Part shown: in pieces, positions 47,014-57,693 of the stretch | Position numbering within the stretch: the stretch's first letter is position 1 | How the letters are laid out: the number at the start of each line of letters is the position of its first letter | Source: Candidatus Latescibacterota bacterium | GTDB taxonomy: Bacteria > Latescibacterota > UBA2968 | DNA: 64,000 nt | Reading direction: 5' to 3' | Assembly (NCBI GenBank): GCA_965208125.1 | Contig: OZ242320.1 | Location: 928,001-992,000, forward strand | Program-made: the position numbers and the translations under genes | Notes under the pieces: generated by a model | What the model saw: the letters and a program-made list of their open reading frames with translations, nothing else | Told to the model about the DNA's origin: nothing | Database searches by the model: none

Positions 47014-50000
47014 TTATAACACAATCTCCGCATCTGAATCCCCAGCGGCGAGGGCGTTCATCCATGCGAGGCAAAGATCGCGGGAAAGGTAGCGGTCATA
47101 ATCAGTAGTTTCCTGACGCTCGACAATGGGGAAGGTGGAATAAATGTAGCGAATGTCGTCTCGGTCAGTGATACCGTAAAGGTGAAAGAAAAGAGCGTCC
47201 AATTTGGCGCGGATGTGGAGGCGACGATTTTCGTCCCATTGGAAGGGTGGACCTTCGTAGCCGAGATCGCGGGCAAAGGGAGTCAGGTCGTGAGCAGTGT
47301 AGGTGAGTTCGAGGACAGCATCGCGGACAATTTCGGCGGCGATTTTGGAGCCGAAGCGGGTGGACTCGTATTGGTCGGGCGGGACGACGGGGAGTTGTTC
47401 GATGATGTACCAATTGAGATGCTGGCCTTGAACCTTCTGACGGGCGACATAATCGAAGGGAATCGCGTTCAAGTTTGCCAGAAGGAGTGATACAGCCATT
47501 GCGTATGCGTCGGGATTCTCTAATGGGAGCAACACAGGGAACGTATTACCAACGCCTGATTGCGGTATGATTGAGGCAATGACTGTTCGAACATTGGTAG
47601 GAGCCGTTACGTCTTTCCAACCAATCCACCATTCGCAATCCTCAGTCGGAATCTGAGAGCGAGCCACCCAAAACTGCGGATCGGGCAGCCAATCCACATT
47701 CTCATGTTGATCCAGTGTCGCCGGTACGGGCTGTGCAGGGCGATGTCGGTTCTCTAAGTTGACAACAATGTTGGCGGCTCGGTGGTCATAAGCTTGCACC
47801 ATCTTGCCCTCGTAAAGTGGGATCCACTCTCCGCTCGGACTGTTGAAGCGATTGCCTCCAAGGGGATATGCGCCTTCCTCATCTTCCAACTCCTCTCGCG
47901 TGCGGAACAGGTGCGAGTCATTGGTCATGTGAAACATCGTTGCGTATCTCACCGGCCAGGCCTTGGCTTCATCTCCAGAAGAACGATCCATCAGCACGGG
48001 CAGGCAGCGATAAATCGCGGTCGTCAGTTCCGCGTCTCTGCGAGAGCGAAAAATGGGTGCAGTGCCAGTGTTGGGATTAACGCTGGCAAAATCCTCTGCC
48101 GTTAGAGAGAAGCAGCTATTCACGTCTTCCAATTCCGAAACATCCTGAATAAAGAACGCGCAACGGGCAGGATCATCCGTTGGCGATGGACTCGCCACAA
48201 ACGCGCAGAACTTGAAACGGCTATCCACATCTGGAAAAAATGGTGGCGCAGTGTAGCGCGTGCGGCGATTCTCAAAATCGTACAACGCCCGCAACCGCCC
48301 CTCTGTCGCTACTGAGCGGAAAAACGGCGCGGCGGTCTTGTCAGAGGCAATGCCCGAAGGTGTCAGCAAGCCTACCACACCATCCTCTTTCACCAGTGCC
48401 ATTGCCCGCTCCACAAACAGCGAATACAGGTTAATATCGCCACGCGCCAAGAAGGGATAATCGCCCCATTTGCGCGCTACGCGAGCCGCAGACTTAGCGC
48501 GTTCATCTGCGCGTTCAAACTCAACGAATAGCGGATCGCCGGACTTCTGCAACGCCCCAATCATCCGCTTGCGATCTGCCGCACGTTGGGCACTGGCAAT
48601 TTCGGGCTGTCGCGCCGCAAACCACTCCACCTGTTGCAACTTCACCCTATCCCACGGCGGATTGCCGATCACCGCGTCAAAGCCGCCACGCGGTGTAGCA
48701 GATCGCCAATCTTGCCAAATGCCGGGAAACGCCACCTGCCAGTTCAGAAAGCCCTCTTGATCAATCTGTTCTCGTGCTTCAGCCAGCAATTCCACAAACC
48801 GCTCTGCCCCCGGCACATCCATCCTCACCTCAACCGTTCCCGCCGCAACCTCCACGGGATTGCCGAACCGGCTGTCAAAAAAAGCGCGCAGGGCAATCTT
48901 ATCCTCCTTCCTCCGCACATCCGACCAATCGAACGCGTGAATCAGCGACAAAAACGCATCTAATGGCTGTGTACCCGCCTGCATATCTGCAAACAATTCC
49001 GCAGACCGCCCGGCCTCCTCAATCTCCGCATCGGTCAATTCCTCAATCAACTGCATCGCCTGTGCAGCCCCCGTTGCCCGCTGTATTGGCTCATTCAAAA
49101 ACAGGGGACTACCCTCTTCCATAGCCTTATCTATACCCTGACTGACCCAGCACCCAAACAAACTATCGCCACACCGCAGATGATGATCCAAAAAACTCAG
49201 CGGCGCGCCCGCAGTGAATGAGTGCAGCCACAGCGACACCTTAGCCAATTCCACTGCCATCGGATTCTTATCTACCCCATAAACGCATCGTTTGAGCACC
49301 ATACGTCGCACAATATGCCGGTCATCGAGTTGCGCCACATCTATAGCCCACTCGCGCTGTTCGGCATTTTTCAAGATCGTCTGGCGAATAGCATCAATGC
49401 GCTCAGTCAGCGGCGAAACATAGCCCGTGCTATCTACTTCGGCCATTGCAGCAATCACATGGTCGGAAAGGTAATCCACCAAACTGACTAAAAAGTGACC
49501 CGATCCCATTGCCGGATCGCAAATTTTCAGATCAAGCAATTTCTCTGCTGGATCGACTTGCGCGAGAGCCTTCCGCTTAAATCCCTCGCTCACCTTACTG
49601 TGTGTAATTTCGTCAACCTGTTTGGCAAAAGCATCCATACGTGTCTGCACCAATGGCTCAACCGTCTCCTTGAGAATCAGGCGCACAAGGGCATCCGGCG
49701 TGTAGTAACTCCCCGACCCCTTCCGCGCAAACACATTCGGACGCACTAAAATCTCGCCCTCTTCGCGCACGACCTCGTGTTCGAGCAACCGCTCGTAAAT
49801 CGACCCGAGTTGTTCAACGCTCAGGTCGCGGTAATTGATATACCGTCCATTCTCAAATGAAAGCGCATCAATAACATCGGCCACCACCTGATCGCCCAGC
49901 TTAATCTGGGCCAAAAGGGGTGTAATTTTACGATCAAACAGACCGCCGTTATACGGTGGCAGACCAATGGAGGAATCCCCCTCATCAATAGCACGGCAAA

Positions 50001-51033
50001 GATCATCAATAGCCGAATAATAGCGTGCAGCAGTCTCGGAGAACACATCATCTCGTGCTTTCCGTCCCCCAATGTCATCGCGTACCCGGCGCAAACAGTA
50101 ATCATCATAACGATCATCGCGCACCGGCAGCAGGTTGCGATCCTCTGCATACAAAATAAAAAGCAGGCGATAGAGCAATATCAGGGCTGCATCGCGCACA
50201 TCCGACAAGGACACATCCGGCGCAACAGCAGCAATAGCACGAGCCAAATCGGGAAAAACCCGAGAAAAGACCACCCCGGATAGGCTATTCGCCACGCGCT
50301 CCTGATAGAACCGCCCCTCGTCAAGCACGCGCTGGTGAAAAGTACGCGCATCCTCCGCATCGGGCAGAAACGCATCTCGCCCGAAAAACAGCGCGAACAA
50401 CTTCAAACAATAGCGTCGATCATCCTCGGAGAACGCACTGCCATCAAAACCGAGTACCGCCGCGAGATCTATCTCAAAAAACTGCTCGGAAACAGACCGC
50501 GCCCCCTGATAATAAAGCCGCCACTGCGCGCCATTTGTGAGTATGCCCCATCGCAACTTGCCCTCAGTCAAATCATCCACCCGACGCAAATAGCGAAGCA
50601 TCTGTGTCGAAGGCGCCGTTACCTGCTGGGTAGAACGGCGATCAAGTGGCAACCTCCACCGCTTGGACTCCACAATTGCCAGCCCCCACTCGTAGCGTCT
50701 CCATTCCTCGGCAAAACCATTGGCACGCGCCTTGCGTGCATCGTCCTCAAACAAAAGGCCGTCAGGCACATCATCACGACCCTGAGGCGTCAAATTTTGT
50801 TGCCGCAGGTATGCTTTCCATCCGAGTTGGTTGAGGATAGGCCAGATCAAATCATCTTCAGTCTGGCTTTCATTGGGGTTCTGATCTATTGGGAAGGCAT
50901 TGAAGATATTTTGAAGTTCGGTCTCAAATACCGCCTCTTCATCCCATCTCTGCCATTCGACCATCTCCTGGACAGCATCTATGAGAAAATCGCTCGTGAA
51001 CAGACCTCCCTGTAACACGCGCCCAATATTCAT
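47014..51033 (-). CDS. Type IIG restriction-modification enzyme (nuclease + N6-adenine MTase + TRD)
   Basis: PD...ESK nuclease, WGILTNG, GSYYTP, DPAMGSGHF, GNPPW. Confidence 0.88.
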   Translation of the reverse strand: MNIGRVLQGGLFTSDFLIDAVQEMVEWQRWDEEAVFETELQNIFNAFPIDQNPNESQTEDDLIWPILNQLGWKAYLRQQNLTPQGRDDVPDGLLFEDDARKARANGFAEEWRRYEWGLAIVESKRWRLPLDRRSTQQVTAPSTQMLRYLRRVDDLTEGKLRWGILTNGAQWRLYYQGARSVSEQFFEIDLAAVLGFDGSAFSEDDRRYCLKLFALFFGRDAFLPDAEDARTFHQRVLDEGRFYQERVANSLSGVVFSRVFPDLARAIAAVAPDVSLSDVRDAALILLYRLLFILYAEDRNLLPVRDDRYDDYCLRRVRDDIGGRKARDDVFSETAARYYSAIDDLCRAIDEGDSSIGLPPYNGGLFDRKITPLLAQIKLGDQVVADVIDALSFENGRYINYRDLSVEQLGSIYERLLEHEVVREEGEILVRPNVFARKGSGSYYTPDALVRLILKETVEPLVQTRMDAFAKQVDEITHSKVSEGFKRKALAQVDPAEKLLDLKICDPAMGSGHFLVSLVDYLSDHVIAAMAEVDSTGYVSPLTERIDAIRQTILKNAEQREWAIDVAQLDDRHIVRRMVLKRCVYGVDKNPMAVELAKVSLWLHSFTAGAPLSFLDHHLRCGDSLFGCWVSQGIDKAMEEGSPLFLNEPIQRATGAAQAMQLIEELTDAEIEEAGRSAELFADMQAGTQPLDAFLSLIHAFDWSDVRRKEDKIALRAFFDSRFGNPVEVAAGTVEVRMDVPGAERFVELLAEAREQIDQEGFLNWQVAFPGIWQDWRSATPRGGFDAVIGNPPWDRVKLQQVEWFAARQPEIASAQRAADRKRMIGALQKSGDPLFVEFERADERAKSAARVARKWGDYPFLARGDINLYSLFVERAMALVKEDGVVGLLTPSGIASDKTAAPFFRSVATEGRLRALYDFENRRTRYTAPPFFPDVDSRFKFCAFVASPSPTDDPARCAFFIQDVSELEDVNSCFSLTAEDFASVNPNTGTAPIFRSRRDAELTTAIYRCLPVLMDRSSGDEAKAWPVRYATMFHMTNDSHLFRTREELEDEEGAYPLGGNRFNSPSGEWIPLYEGKMVQAYDHRAANIVVNLENRHRPAQPVPATLDQHENVDWLPDPQFWVARSQIPTEDCEWWIGWKDVTAPTNVRTVIASIIPQSGVGNTFPVLLPLENPDAYAMAVSLLLANLNAIPFDYVARQKVQGQHLNWYIIEQLPVVPPDQYESTRFGSKIAAEIVRDAVLELTYTAHDLTPFARDLGYEGPPFQWDENRRLHIRAKLDALFFHLYGITDRDDIRYIYSTFPIVERQETTDYDRYLSRDLCLAWMNALAAGDSDAEIVL

Positions 51034-51052
51034 AGAATGATTTACATTCACA

Positions 51053-52351
51053 TCAATCACTCCCACCTGTGAAATAGCTCTTGGTACCCTTAGCTTGCAC
51101 CGCATCACCGATTCGGTTCAAAGCGTGGACATAAGCCGCCGTACGCTGAGAAATACCCTGTGTCTGGGCAATATCCCAAACGCGCTCTGTCTCCTCGATC
51201 ATCTTCTGTTTCAGCCGCTGATTGACCTCATCCAGAGTCCAGTACAGACCCTGGCGATTCTGCACCCACTCAAAATAACTCACAGTCACACCGCCAGCAT
51301 TGACCAGAATATCGGGAAACACCACCACATCCCGCCCACGCAAAATCTCGTCCGCCTCCGGAGTAGTTGGACCATTTGCCAGTTCGTACACCGCCCGCGC
51401 CTTAATATCGCGGGCATTCGACGCTGTAATCTGGTTCTCCAGCGCCGCAGGAGCCAGAATATCGACATCGAGCGCGAGCAATTCCTCGTTGGTAATCGTC
51501 TCGTGATCGACCGCATTGCACACACTGCCCTCGCAATAAACAGCCTTAAGCGCGCGAGTCGAATCCTTGAACTGCCGCACACTGGGAACATCAAGACCCT
51601 CTCGCCGATATATCCCACCCCTCGAATCGCTCACCGCCACCACCTTGTAACCGGCGTTAAAAAGCAACTCGGCAATAATAGCTCCGGCATTGCCAAAACC
51701 CTGCACTGCCACAGTCGTCGTAGCGGGCGAGCCACTCAACCCAAGCCTGGGCAAAGTCGCTTCCATCGTAAAAAAGGCACCCATAGCAGTTGCCTTGTCC
51801 CTGCCGAGACTCCCCCCCATAGTCAAAGGCTTACCAGTAATCACCGCCGGCGCAATCTGCCGCTTGATAATGCTATACTGATCCACCATCCAGCCCATAA
51901 TCATCTCATTGGTATAAACATCTGGCGCTGGAATATCGACATCCGGACCAATGAAATCGGCCACCGCATCGATATACCCCCGACTGAGCCGTTCCAGTTC
52001 AAAAGGAGACAGCGACTTGGGATCAACCGTTATGCCGCCTTTTCCCCCACCGAAAGGCAAATTGGCCACCGCACATTTGAAAGTCATCCAAAAAGCCAGA
52101 GACTGCACCTCGTCAATAGACACATCTGGATGAAAGCGAATACCCCCTTTGGTGGGACCTCGCGTATCGTCGTAGCGCACCCGGTAGCCCGGAAAGATAC
52201 GCAACTCGCCGTTATCCATCCGCACCGGGATAGAAACTTTCAAACTCGACCTGGGCAATTTGAGCCGCTCAATAGCCTCCTCAGAAATAGAAGCATAAGC
52301 AAGAGCTTCATCGAGACGTTGGCTGGCATCGCTGAACAATGACTGGGACAT
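51053..52351 (-). CDS. gdhA: Glu/Leu/Phe/Val dehydrogenase (glutamate dehydrogenase)
   Basis: GPTKGGIRFHP, PFGGGKGG, DIPAPD, QGFGNAG, NAGGVTVSYFEW. Confidence 0.93.
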   Translation of the reverse strand: MSQSLFSDASQRLDEALAYASISEEAIERLKLPRSSLKVSIPVRMDNGELRIFPGYRVRYDDTRGPTKGGIRFHPDVSIDEVQSLAFWMTFKCAVANLPFGGGKGGITVDPKSLSPFELERLSRGYIDAVADFIGPDVDIPAPDVYTNEMIMGWMVDQYSIIKRQIAPAVITGKPLTMGGSLGRDKATAMGAFFTMEATLPRLGLSGSPATTTVAVQGFGNAGAIIAELLFNAGYKVVAVSDSRGGIYRREGLDVPSVRQFKDSTRALKAVYCEGSVCNAVDHETITNEELLALDVDILAPAALENQITASNARDIKARAVYELANGPTTPEADEILRGRDVVVFPDILVNAGGVTVSYFEWVQNRQGLYWTLDEVNQRLKQKMIEETERVWDIAQTQGISQRTAAYVHALNRIGDAVQAKGTKSYFTGGSD

Positions 52352-52374
52352 CGTACATCCTCCCCAAAGAGAAA

Positions 52375-52399
52375 GCCGTCAGGGATATATCCTGACGGC
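52375..52399 (-). terminator. Hairpin terminator after dksA
   Basis: gccgtcagg-gatatat-cctgacggc with a minus-strand T-rich tail. Confidence 0.6.
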
Positions 52400-52425
52400 C
52401 ATGAAATCATCAATAAATTTCAAAG

Positions 52426-52863
52426 TCACTCATCGTCATCTGTAGAAATGGGCAAATCTTCGCGCTTCAAAACGCGGCGGGGCCGGCTACGCTGTTGGGG
52501 TGTGCGCTCGAGCCGTTCCTGAACCTGCACCGTATAACGCGCCGTGGGCATAGCCTCGAGCCGCATGGGATGAATGGGTTCACCGGATTCTTCGCAGAAT
52601 CCATAAGTTCGATTCTCAATTTTTTGCAAGGCATTGTCAATCTCGGCCAATTCGATCCGCTCGTGGTTGCCCAGCGTCGTCATCAACTCCAGCGACGACG
52701 CATTGCCCGCCGCATCGAGCGGATCGGCGGCGACATCGCTTCTAATTTCATCGAGATCCTCATCTTGACTGAGCACTTGCTTGAGCAACTCGCGCTTGCG
52801 CTCAGTCAAAATCTTTTTATAAAACGCGAGCTGTTCATCACTCAAAGGTTCATGCTTTGTCAT
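52426..52863 (-). CDS. dksA: DksA/TraR family transcription factor
   Basis: DPLDAA (DxxDxA) and TYGFCEESGEPI...RLEAMPTA. Confidence 0.85.
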   Translation of the reverse strand: MTKHEPLSDEQLAFYKKILTERKRELLKQVLSQDEDLDEIRSDVAADPLDAAGNASSLELMTTLGNHERIELAEIDNALQKIENRTYGFCEESGEPIHPMRLEAMPTARYTVQVQERLERTPQQRSRPRRVLKREDLPISTDDDE

Positions 52864-52988
52864 TACCTATTGGTCCTCTTTTTGTTTCCCAGAAATCTGC
52901 TCCCCATAAATTTGTCCGCAATTATATGTCAGAGGTAAAATAATGTCAAGTCTTGCAAAACAAGAAATAAATCGCGTCTCCAGATATC

Positions 52989-54698
52989 CTATCCCCCAAG
53001 CCCAGCCAAAAAATCCTCTACAGAAAGTGCATTGAGCACACCATCAGCCGTCAGACCACCCTTTCTGGCAATCCCCAACCCAAAGCACATATCTTTCAGC
53101 CCCTCCACACTGTGGGCATCTGTATTAATCGGGACTTGCACGCCCTTCTCCCGCGCATAAGATAAAAATCGCCAATCCAACTCCAAACGCGCGGGATTGG
53201 CATTGATCTCAATTGCCGTACGCGCCTCAGCCGCGGCATCAATCACAGCCTTCATATTGAGCGGATACCCCTCGCGAGACAATAACAAACGGCCTGATGG
53301 ATGCCCCAAAATATCGACATGGGGATTCTGAACAGCGCGAACCAACCGATTCGTAGCCTCTTGTTCAGTCATTGAAAACTTCGAATGCACAGACGCAACC
53401 ACCAGATCGAACTCAGACAAAAATTCATCGTCAAAATCCAACCCTCCATCGCTCACAATATCCACCTCAATACCCTTCAACACCCGAATACCTTCCATCG
53501 CATCATTGACCCGATCAATCTCATCCCACTGCAACCGAACGCGATCTTCATTCAGCCCATTGGCATAAGCCGCGGCCTTGCTGTGATCGCAAATACCGAT
53601 ATACGTATAACCCAGCGCCTTTGCCGCCCGCGCCATGTCCTCCACGCTATGCCTTCCATCGCTATACGTCGTGTGTACATGAAGCGTACCCTTCAGATCG
53701 GATTGCGCGACCAACTCGGGCAGTGGCGCTTGTGCAGCGCATTCAATCTCATCTCGTCCCTCCCGCAACTCGGGCGGAATATAATGCAAACCCAACGCGC
53801 TAAACAACGCTTTCTCATCGGCACAAATCGCGTTTTCATCCCCCTTGAACAACCCGTATTCATTGAGCTTCATACCCCGGTCTTTTGCCCGCTGTCGCAT
53901 CGCGGTATTGTGTTCTTTGCTCCCCGTAAAATGGTGCAATGCATAGGGAAACGCCTCATCTGCCACAATCCTCAAATCCGCGCGCATGCCCGAATCCAAC
54001 ACAACACTCACCTTTGTCTCACCCTGTCCCGTAACCTCCGCCACGCCGGGATACGCGACAAAAGCCCCGGCAAGTGCGCCCCCGTCTTTCGCGCTCGCAA
54101 CAATATCCACATCCTTGCTCGTCTCCATACATCGCCGCACACTGCCCGCCACCTTCAGACGCATCACCCCCGGTTGATCCGACAGATAAGCCCGCAAAGC
54201 CTCTGCTTCATCCCGCGCCGTACGGCTCAAAAATCGCCCGCGGTGTTGCTGCAAATAAGACACCCCTCGCAAAATACTCTCAGCGGTCTTCTTCCCGAAC
54301 CCACGCAATTTTTCTACCTCACCCGCCTCGCATGCCTTTGCCAGCGCATCCACATCGGCAATACCCAATTGCTCGTAAATAGACCGCACCCGTTTCGCCC
54401 CCAAACCGGGCACCTCAATCATCTCCAACAACCCTTCGGGCAACGCGGAACGCAAATCGCCCAGACCCGGCAACTGCCCCGTATCAATAAGGATTGCGAT
54501 ATTCTCCGCCATCTTCGCGCCAATACCGCGCACAGATTCCAATTCACCGCGCGCGCTCAAATCCGAAGCGGACTCTTGCAACAACTCAATCTGCCGCGCT
54601 GCATTGACATAAGACCGAATGCGAAATTCATTATCGCCATTCAATTCCATCAGCGTAGTCATCTCTTCCAATGCCGCGGCAATATCTTTATTATCCAT
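52989..54698 (-). CDS. polX: DNA polymerase X with a PHP exonuclease domain
   Basis: AGSVRR..ET.KDVD, RADLR, FTGSKEHN, LHVHTTYSDG, NTDAH. Confidence 0.95.
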   Translation of the reverse strand: MDNKDIAAALEEMTTLMELNGDNEFRIRSYVNAARQIELLQESASDLSARGELESVRGIGAKMAENIAILIDTGQLPGLGDLRSALPEGLLEMIEVPGLGAKRVRSIYEQLGIADVDALAKACEAGEVEKLRGFGKKTAESILRGVSYLQQHRGRFLSRTARDEAEALRAYLSDQPGVMRLKVAGSVRRCMETSKDVDIVASAKDGGALAGAFVAYPGVAEVTGQGETKVSVVLDSGMRADLRIVADEAFPYALHHFTGSKEHNTAMRQRAKDRGMKLNEYGLFKGDENAICADEKALFSALGLHYIPPELREGRDEIECAAQAPLPELVAQSDLKGTLHVHTTYSDGRHSVEDMARAAKALGYTYIGICDHSKAAAYANGLNEDRVRLQWDEIDRVNDAMEGIRVLKGIEVDIVSDGGLDFDDEFLSEFDLVVASVHSKFSMTEQEATNRLVRAVQNPHVDILGHPSGRLLLSREGYPLNMKAVIDAAAEARTAIEINANPARLELDWRFLSYAREKGVQVPINTDAHSVEGLKDMCFGLGIARKGGLTADGVLNALSVEDFLAGLGG

Positions 54699-54808
54699 TC
54701 AAAACCACCGGGAAATGTAGTGGACATTTGGCAATCTACATGGTTATTTTACCTTCAATCGCCTGCGTCAAAGTTTGGAGAATATAGATACAGAATGGAG
54801 CTAAGTCA

Positions 54809-55837
54809 ATGAACCAAACCACAAAAATCGCCATCGTCGGACTGGGGCGCATCGGCTGGCGATTTCACTTTCAGCAAGCCCTCTCATCCGACCAATTTGA
54901 ACTCACCGCCGTTGTCGATCCCCTGCCCGAACGCTTATCCGAAGCACGCGCAGCAGCGGGTTGTGAAACCCACACCGATTTTGAATCTCTCTGGTCCGGC
55001 CCATCGCCCGACGTGGTCGCCATTGCCACGCCGACCACATTGCACGAAGACATGACCATTCGCGCCCTCAATGAAGGTTGTCACGTCATCCTCGAAAAAC
55101 CCATGACCACCTCCCTCGCCTCGGCAGATCGCATGATCGCCCAGGCCGAAAAGAACAACCGCCGCATCTTTCTCTATCAACCCCATCGCCTCACACCCGA
55201 AACGCAAACCGCGCGAGAAATTATTCAAAGCGGCATGCTGGGACCCATCTACGCCATACACCGGGGCGTATATCGCTATGTGCGCCGAAACGACTGGCAG
55301 AGCTTGCGGAAAAACGGCGGCGGCATGCTCAACAACTACGGCGCGCATTACCTCGACCAACTCATCTATCTCTCGGACGACTCGGCAATCACAGAAGTCG
55401 ATTGCAAACGCTGGGCAATTGCCACCCGGGGGGATGCCGACGACGTAGTCAAAGCCTGGGTAAAAAAAGACTCTGGACAACTCTTAGACGTGCATATCAA
55501 TCAGGCCACTGCTCACATCATGCCCCTCTGGCATATCTGTGGAAAATACGGCACAGCCATCCGCGACGACAACGTATTCAAAGTACGATACTACGACCCC
55601 GCAGAAGCACCCCCGCTAAACGTCGTCGAAGGCGCGGCACCCGAACGCAGCTACGACAATAAGGACCGATTGCCCTGGCGTGAAGAAGATATCCCGATCA
55701 CCCGGGACAAACAGCGCGACTTCTACGCCAACATCTACGACGTAATCGTCAACAACGCCACGCCCTATATACGCATAGAAGAATCGCGCGAACTCATGCG
55801 CGTCATGGACTTATGCCGCCAAAGTGCCAAATTCTGA
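54809..55837 (+). CDS. Gfo/Idh/MocA oxidoreductase
   Basis: VGLGRIG, LEKPM, GGGMLNNYGAHYLD. Confidence 0.92.
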   Translation: MNQTTKIAIVGLGRIGWRFHFQQALSSDQFELTAVVDPLPERLSEARAAAGCETHTDFESLWSGPSPDVVAIATPTTLHEDMTIRALNEGCHVILEKPMTTSLASADRMIAQAEKNNRRIFLYQPHRLTPETQTAREIIQSGMLGPIYAIHRGVYRYVRRNDWQSLRKNGGGMLNNYGAHYLDQLIYLSDDSAITEVDCKRWAIATRGDADDVVKAWVKKDSGQLLDVHINQATAHIMPLWHICGKYGTAIRDDNVFKVRYYDPAEAPPLNVVEGAAPERSYDNKDRLPWREEDIPITRDKQRDFYANIYDVIVNNATPYIRIEESRELMRVMDLCRQSAKF

Positions 55838-55919
55838 TCAGGATGTGCCGGATTAAAGGATATACAGGATAAAATCCGTAGATCGAACCAACGATACAAT
55901 CAAACTATCAGGAGACACG

Positions 55920-56774
55920 ATGAAACTTTCACTCACCTCTGTCATGCTTCCCCGATGGGATTTGGAAACCACATTCAAAAAATTGGAAAAACACGGTTAC
56001 GAAGGCATTGAACTCCGCTGCCGATACAATCCCGAAGACCCCAATGCCGAATTGTTCTATTGGGGACGCCACCTCACGGATGTCAGCCCAGACAATATCC
56101 TGGACAAGGCAGCGCAGATACGCGACCTCTCAAACCAAACCGGCGTGCGCGTTTGCACCCTCGCATCCAATTTCACTTATGATAAGATCGAAATCATCGA
56201 AAAAATATTCAAAGGCGCGCGTGCAATCGACTCCGATAACCCACCCCTCATTCGCGTTGGTGCCCAGAGCCACGACCGCCAGGCGCCCTATATTCCCCAA
56301 TTCCTCAAAGCGCGCGCGAGTTTTGCCGACCTGGTCGAAATGGCGCGCGATTACGGCGTCAAAATCATCTATGAAATTCACGTTGGCACCATCGCTGTGA
56401 GCGCATCTCGCACCATCGCCCTCTTAGAAAACCTCGATCCCAATCACATCGGTGCCATCTGGGATGTGCCCAACATGATCCGCGTGGGACTTGAAGACAG
56501 CAAAATGGGCCTCGAACTACTCGGCCCGTATCTCGCCCATGTACACATCGGCAATGCCACACCTGTGCAAACCGAGCGCGACGAGACCGGAAGCATGCAA
56601 TGGGAATGGAATTTTAGCGACCTGCGAGAAGGCATGGCAGATATTCCCCAAATTATCCAGGACCTCAAAGACGTCGGATATCGGGGTTATATCTCACTTG
56701 AAGAATTTGGTCCCGGCGATGACGAAGAAAAAATCAGTTCCCAGGGCAACTATTTGAAATCCCTCATCAATTAA
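55920..56774 (+). CDS. Sugar phosphate isomerase/epimerase (xylose-isomerase-like TIM barrel)
   Basis: GYEGIELR, YEIH, WD..N, HVH, GY.GYISLE. Confidence 0.85.
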   Translation: MKLSLTSVMLPRWDLETTFKKLEKHGYEGIELRCRYNPEDPNAELFYWGRHLTDVSPDNILDKAAQIRDLSNQTGVRVCTLASNFTYDKIEIIEKIFKGARAIDSDNPPLIRVGAQSHDRQAPYIPQFLKARASFADLVEMARDYGVKIIYEIHVGTIAVSASRTIALLENLDPNHIGAIWDVPNMIRVGLEDSKMGLELLGPYLAHVHIGNATPVQTERDETGSMQWEWNFSDLREGMADIPQIIQDLKDVGYRGYISLEEFGPGDDEEKISSQGNYLKSLIN

Positions 56775-56787
56775 CAAGGAGCACACT

Positions 56788-57678
56788 ATGGTCCCCCTCA
56801 TCAGCAGTCTCGTCTATGGCCCGCTCGGCGCGTGTCAATTGCCCCGCACATGGTGGAAAGTACTCACGCGCAACGCCGGTATTTTAGACGACGAATACCC
56901 CGACATGACGGATAATGGCCTCGACCCCCGTGTACTGCGCGCATTGAATCTGGATATCGAAACCACATTGGCCTACTTGCGCGAAAACATGCCCTCATAC
57001 CTCGAATTTGAAGCGTGGATACTCGAACAGAGAGGCGACGACTTCTGGGGCTTTGAACAGCAAGACGCCATCGTCCGATGGAACGCGTTTATCCGCGCAC
57101 GGCGACACCGCGGGGAAAAAATCGAAGAAACGTACACAGACACGGGTCTGCCGCAGGATGCGGGCATTGATTCTGCAACCGTACTCAACTGCCTTCAGGA
57201 TTTGCAGTTATTTTACAAGCGCGACCTGTCCGAACTCAGCGGAAACATCGTCCCACTCGTCGCCACAATCGACTACGGACCCCTCGGCGTACGCCAGTTG
57301 CCCCGCACCTGGTACAAAATCCTCCTCAAAGCAAAAGGCCTGCTACACCCCGACTATCCCGACATGACAGAGAGCGGCCTGGACCCCCGCGTACTGCACG
57401 CATTAAATCTGGACATCGACGCCACATTAAACCACATCCGCACAAACCTGCCGTCCTATCTCGAATTTGAAGGCTGGGTACTCGAACAGTGCGGCGGTCA
57501 AATTCCCGTACAAGCCGTTGGCGAATGGAACGACTACTTGTGCAATCGCATCCACAACGACGCCAAACGCGCAGAAATCCGCGCAACCGTGGGATGTGGC
57601 GACATATCCTCAGCCGTCGTACTCAACCACATCGAAGACTGGCATCTGGCACACCAGTGGCTCTTAAGTGCCGTGTGA
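56788..57678 (+). CDS. Tandem duplicated DUF5069-like domain protein
   Basis: Two copies of VPL...YGPLG..QLPRTW.K...YPDMT..GLDPRVL.ALNLD...PSYLEFE.W. Confidence 0.65.
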   Translation: MVPLISSLVYGPLGACQLPRTWWKVLTRNAGILDDEYPDMTDNGLDPRVLRALNLDIETTLAYLRENMPSYLEFEAWILEQRGDDFWGFEQQDAIVRWNAFIRARRHRGEKIEETYTDTGLPQDAGIDSATVLNCLQDLQLFYKRDLSELSGNIVPLVATIDYGPLGVRQLPRTWYKILLKAKGLLHPDYPDMTESGLDPRVLHALNLDIDATLNHIRTNLPSYLEFEGWVLEQCGGQIPVQAVGEWNDYLCNRIHNDAKRAEIRATVGCGDISSAVVLNHIEDWHLAHQWLLSAV

Positions 57679-57693
57679 AAAGGAGAGAAGACA

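Noticed and set aside
47014-51033. BREX or DISARM system
   Set aside because: No partner helicase, pglZ or brx/drm genes nearby; treated as a solitary type IIG enzyme.
51095-52342. 415-aa ORF antisense to gdhA (likewise 53385-54812 and 35310-36392)
   Set aside because: Shadow frames produced by codon bias; no recognisable motifs or RBS.
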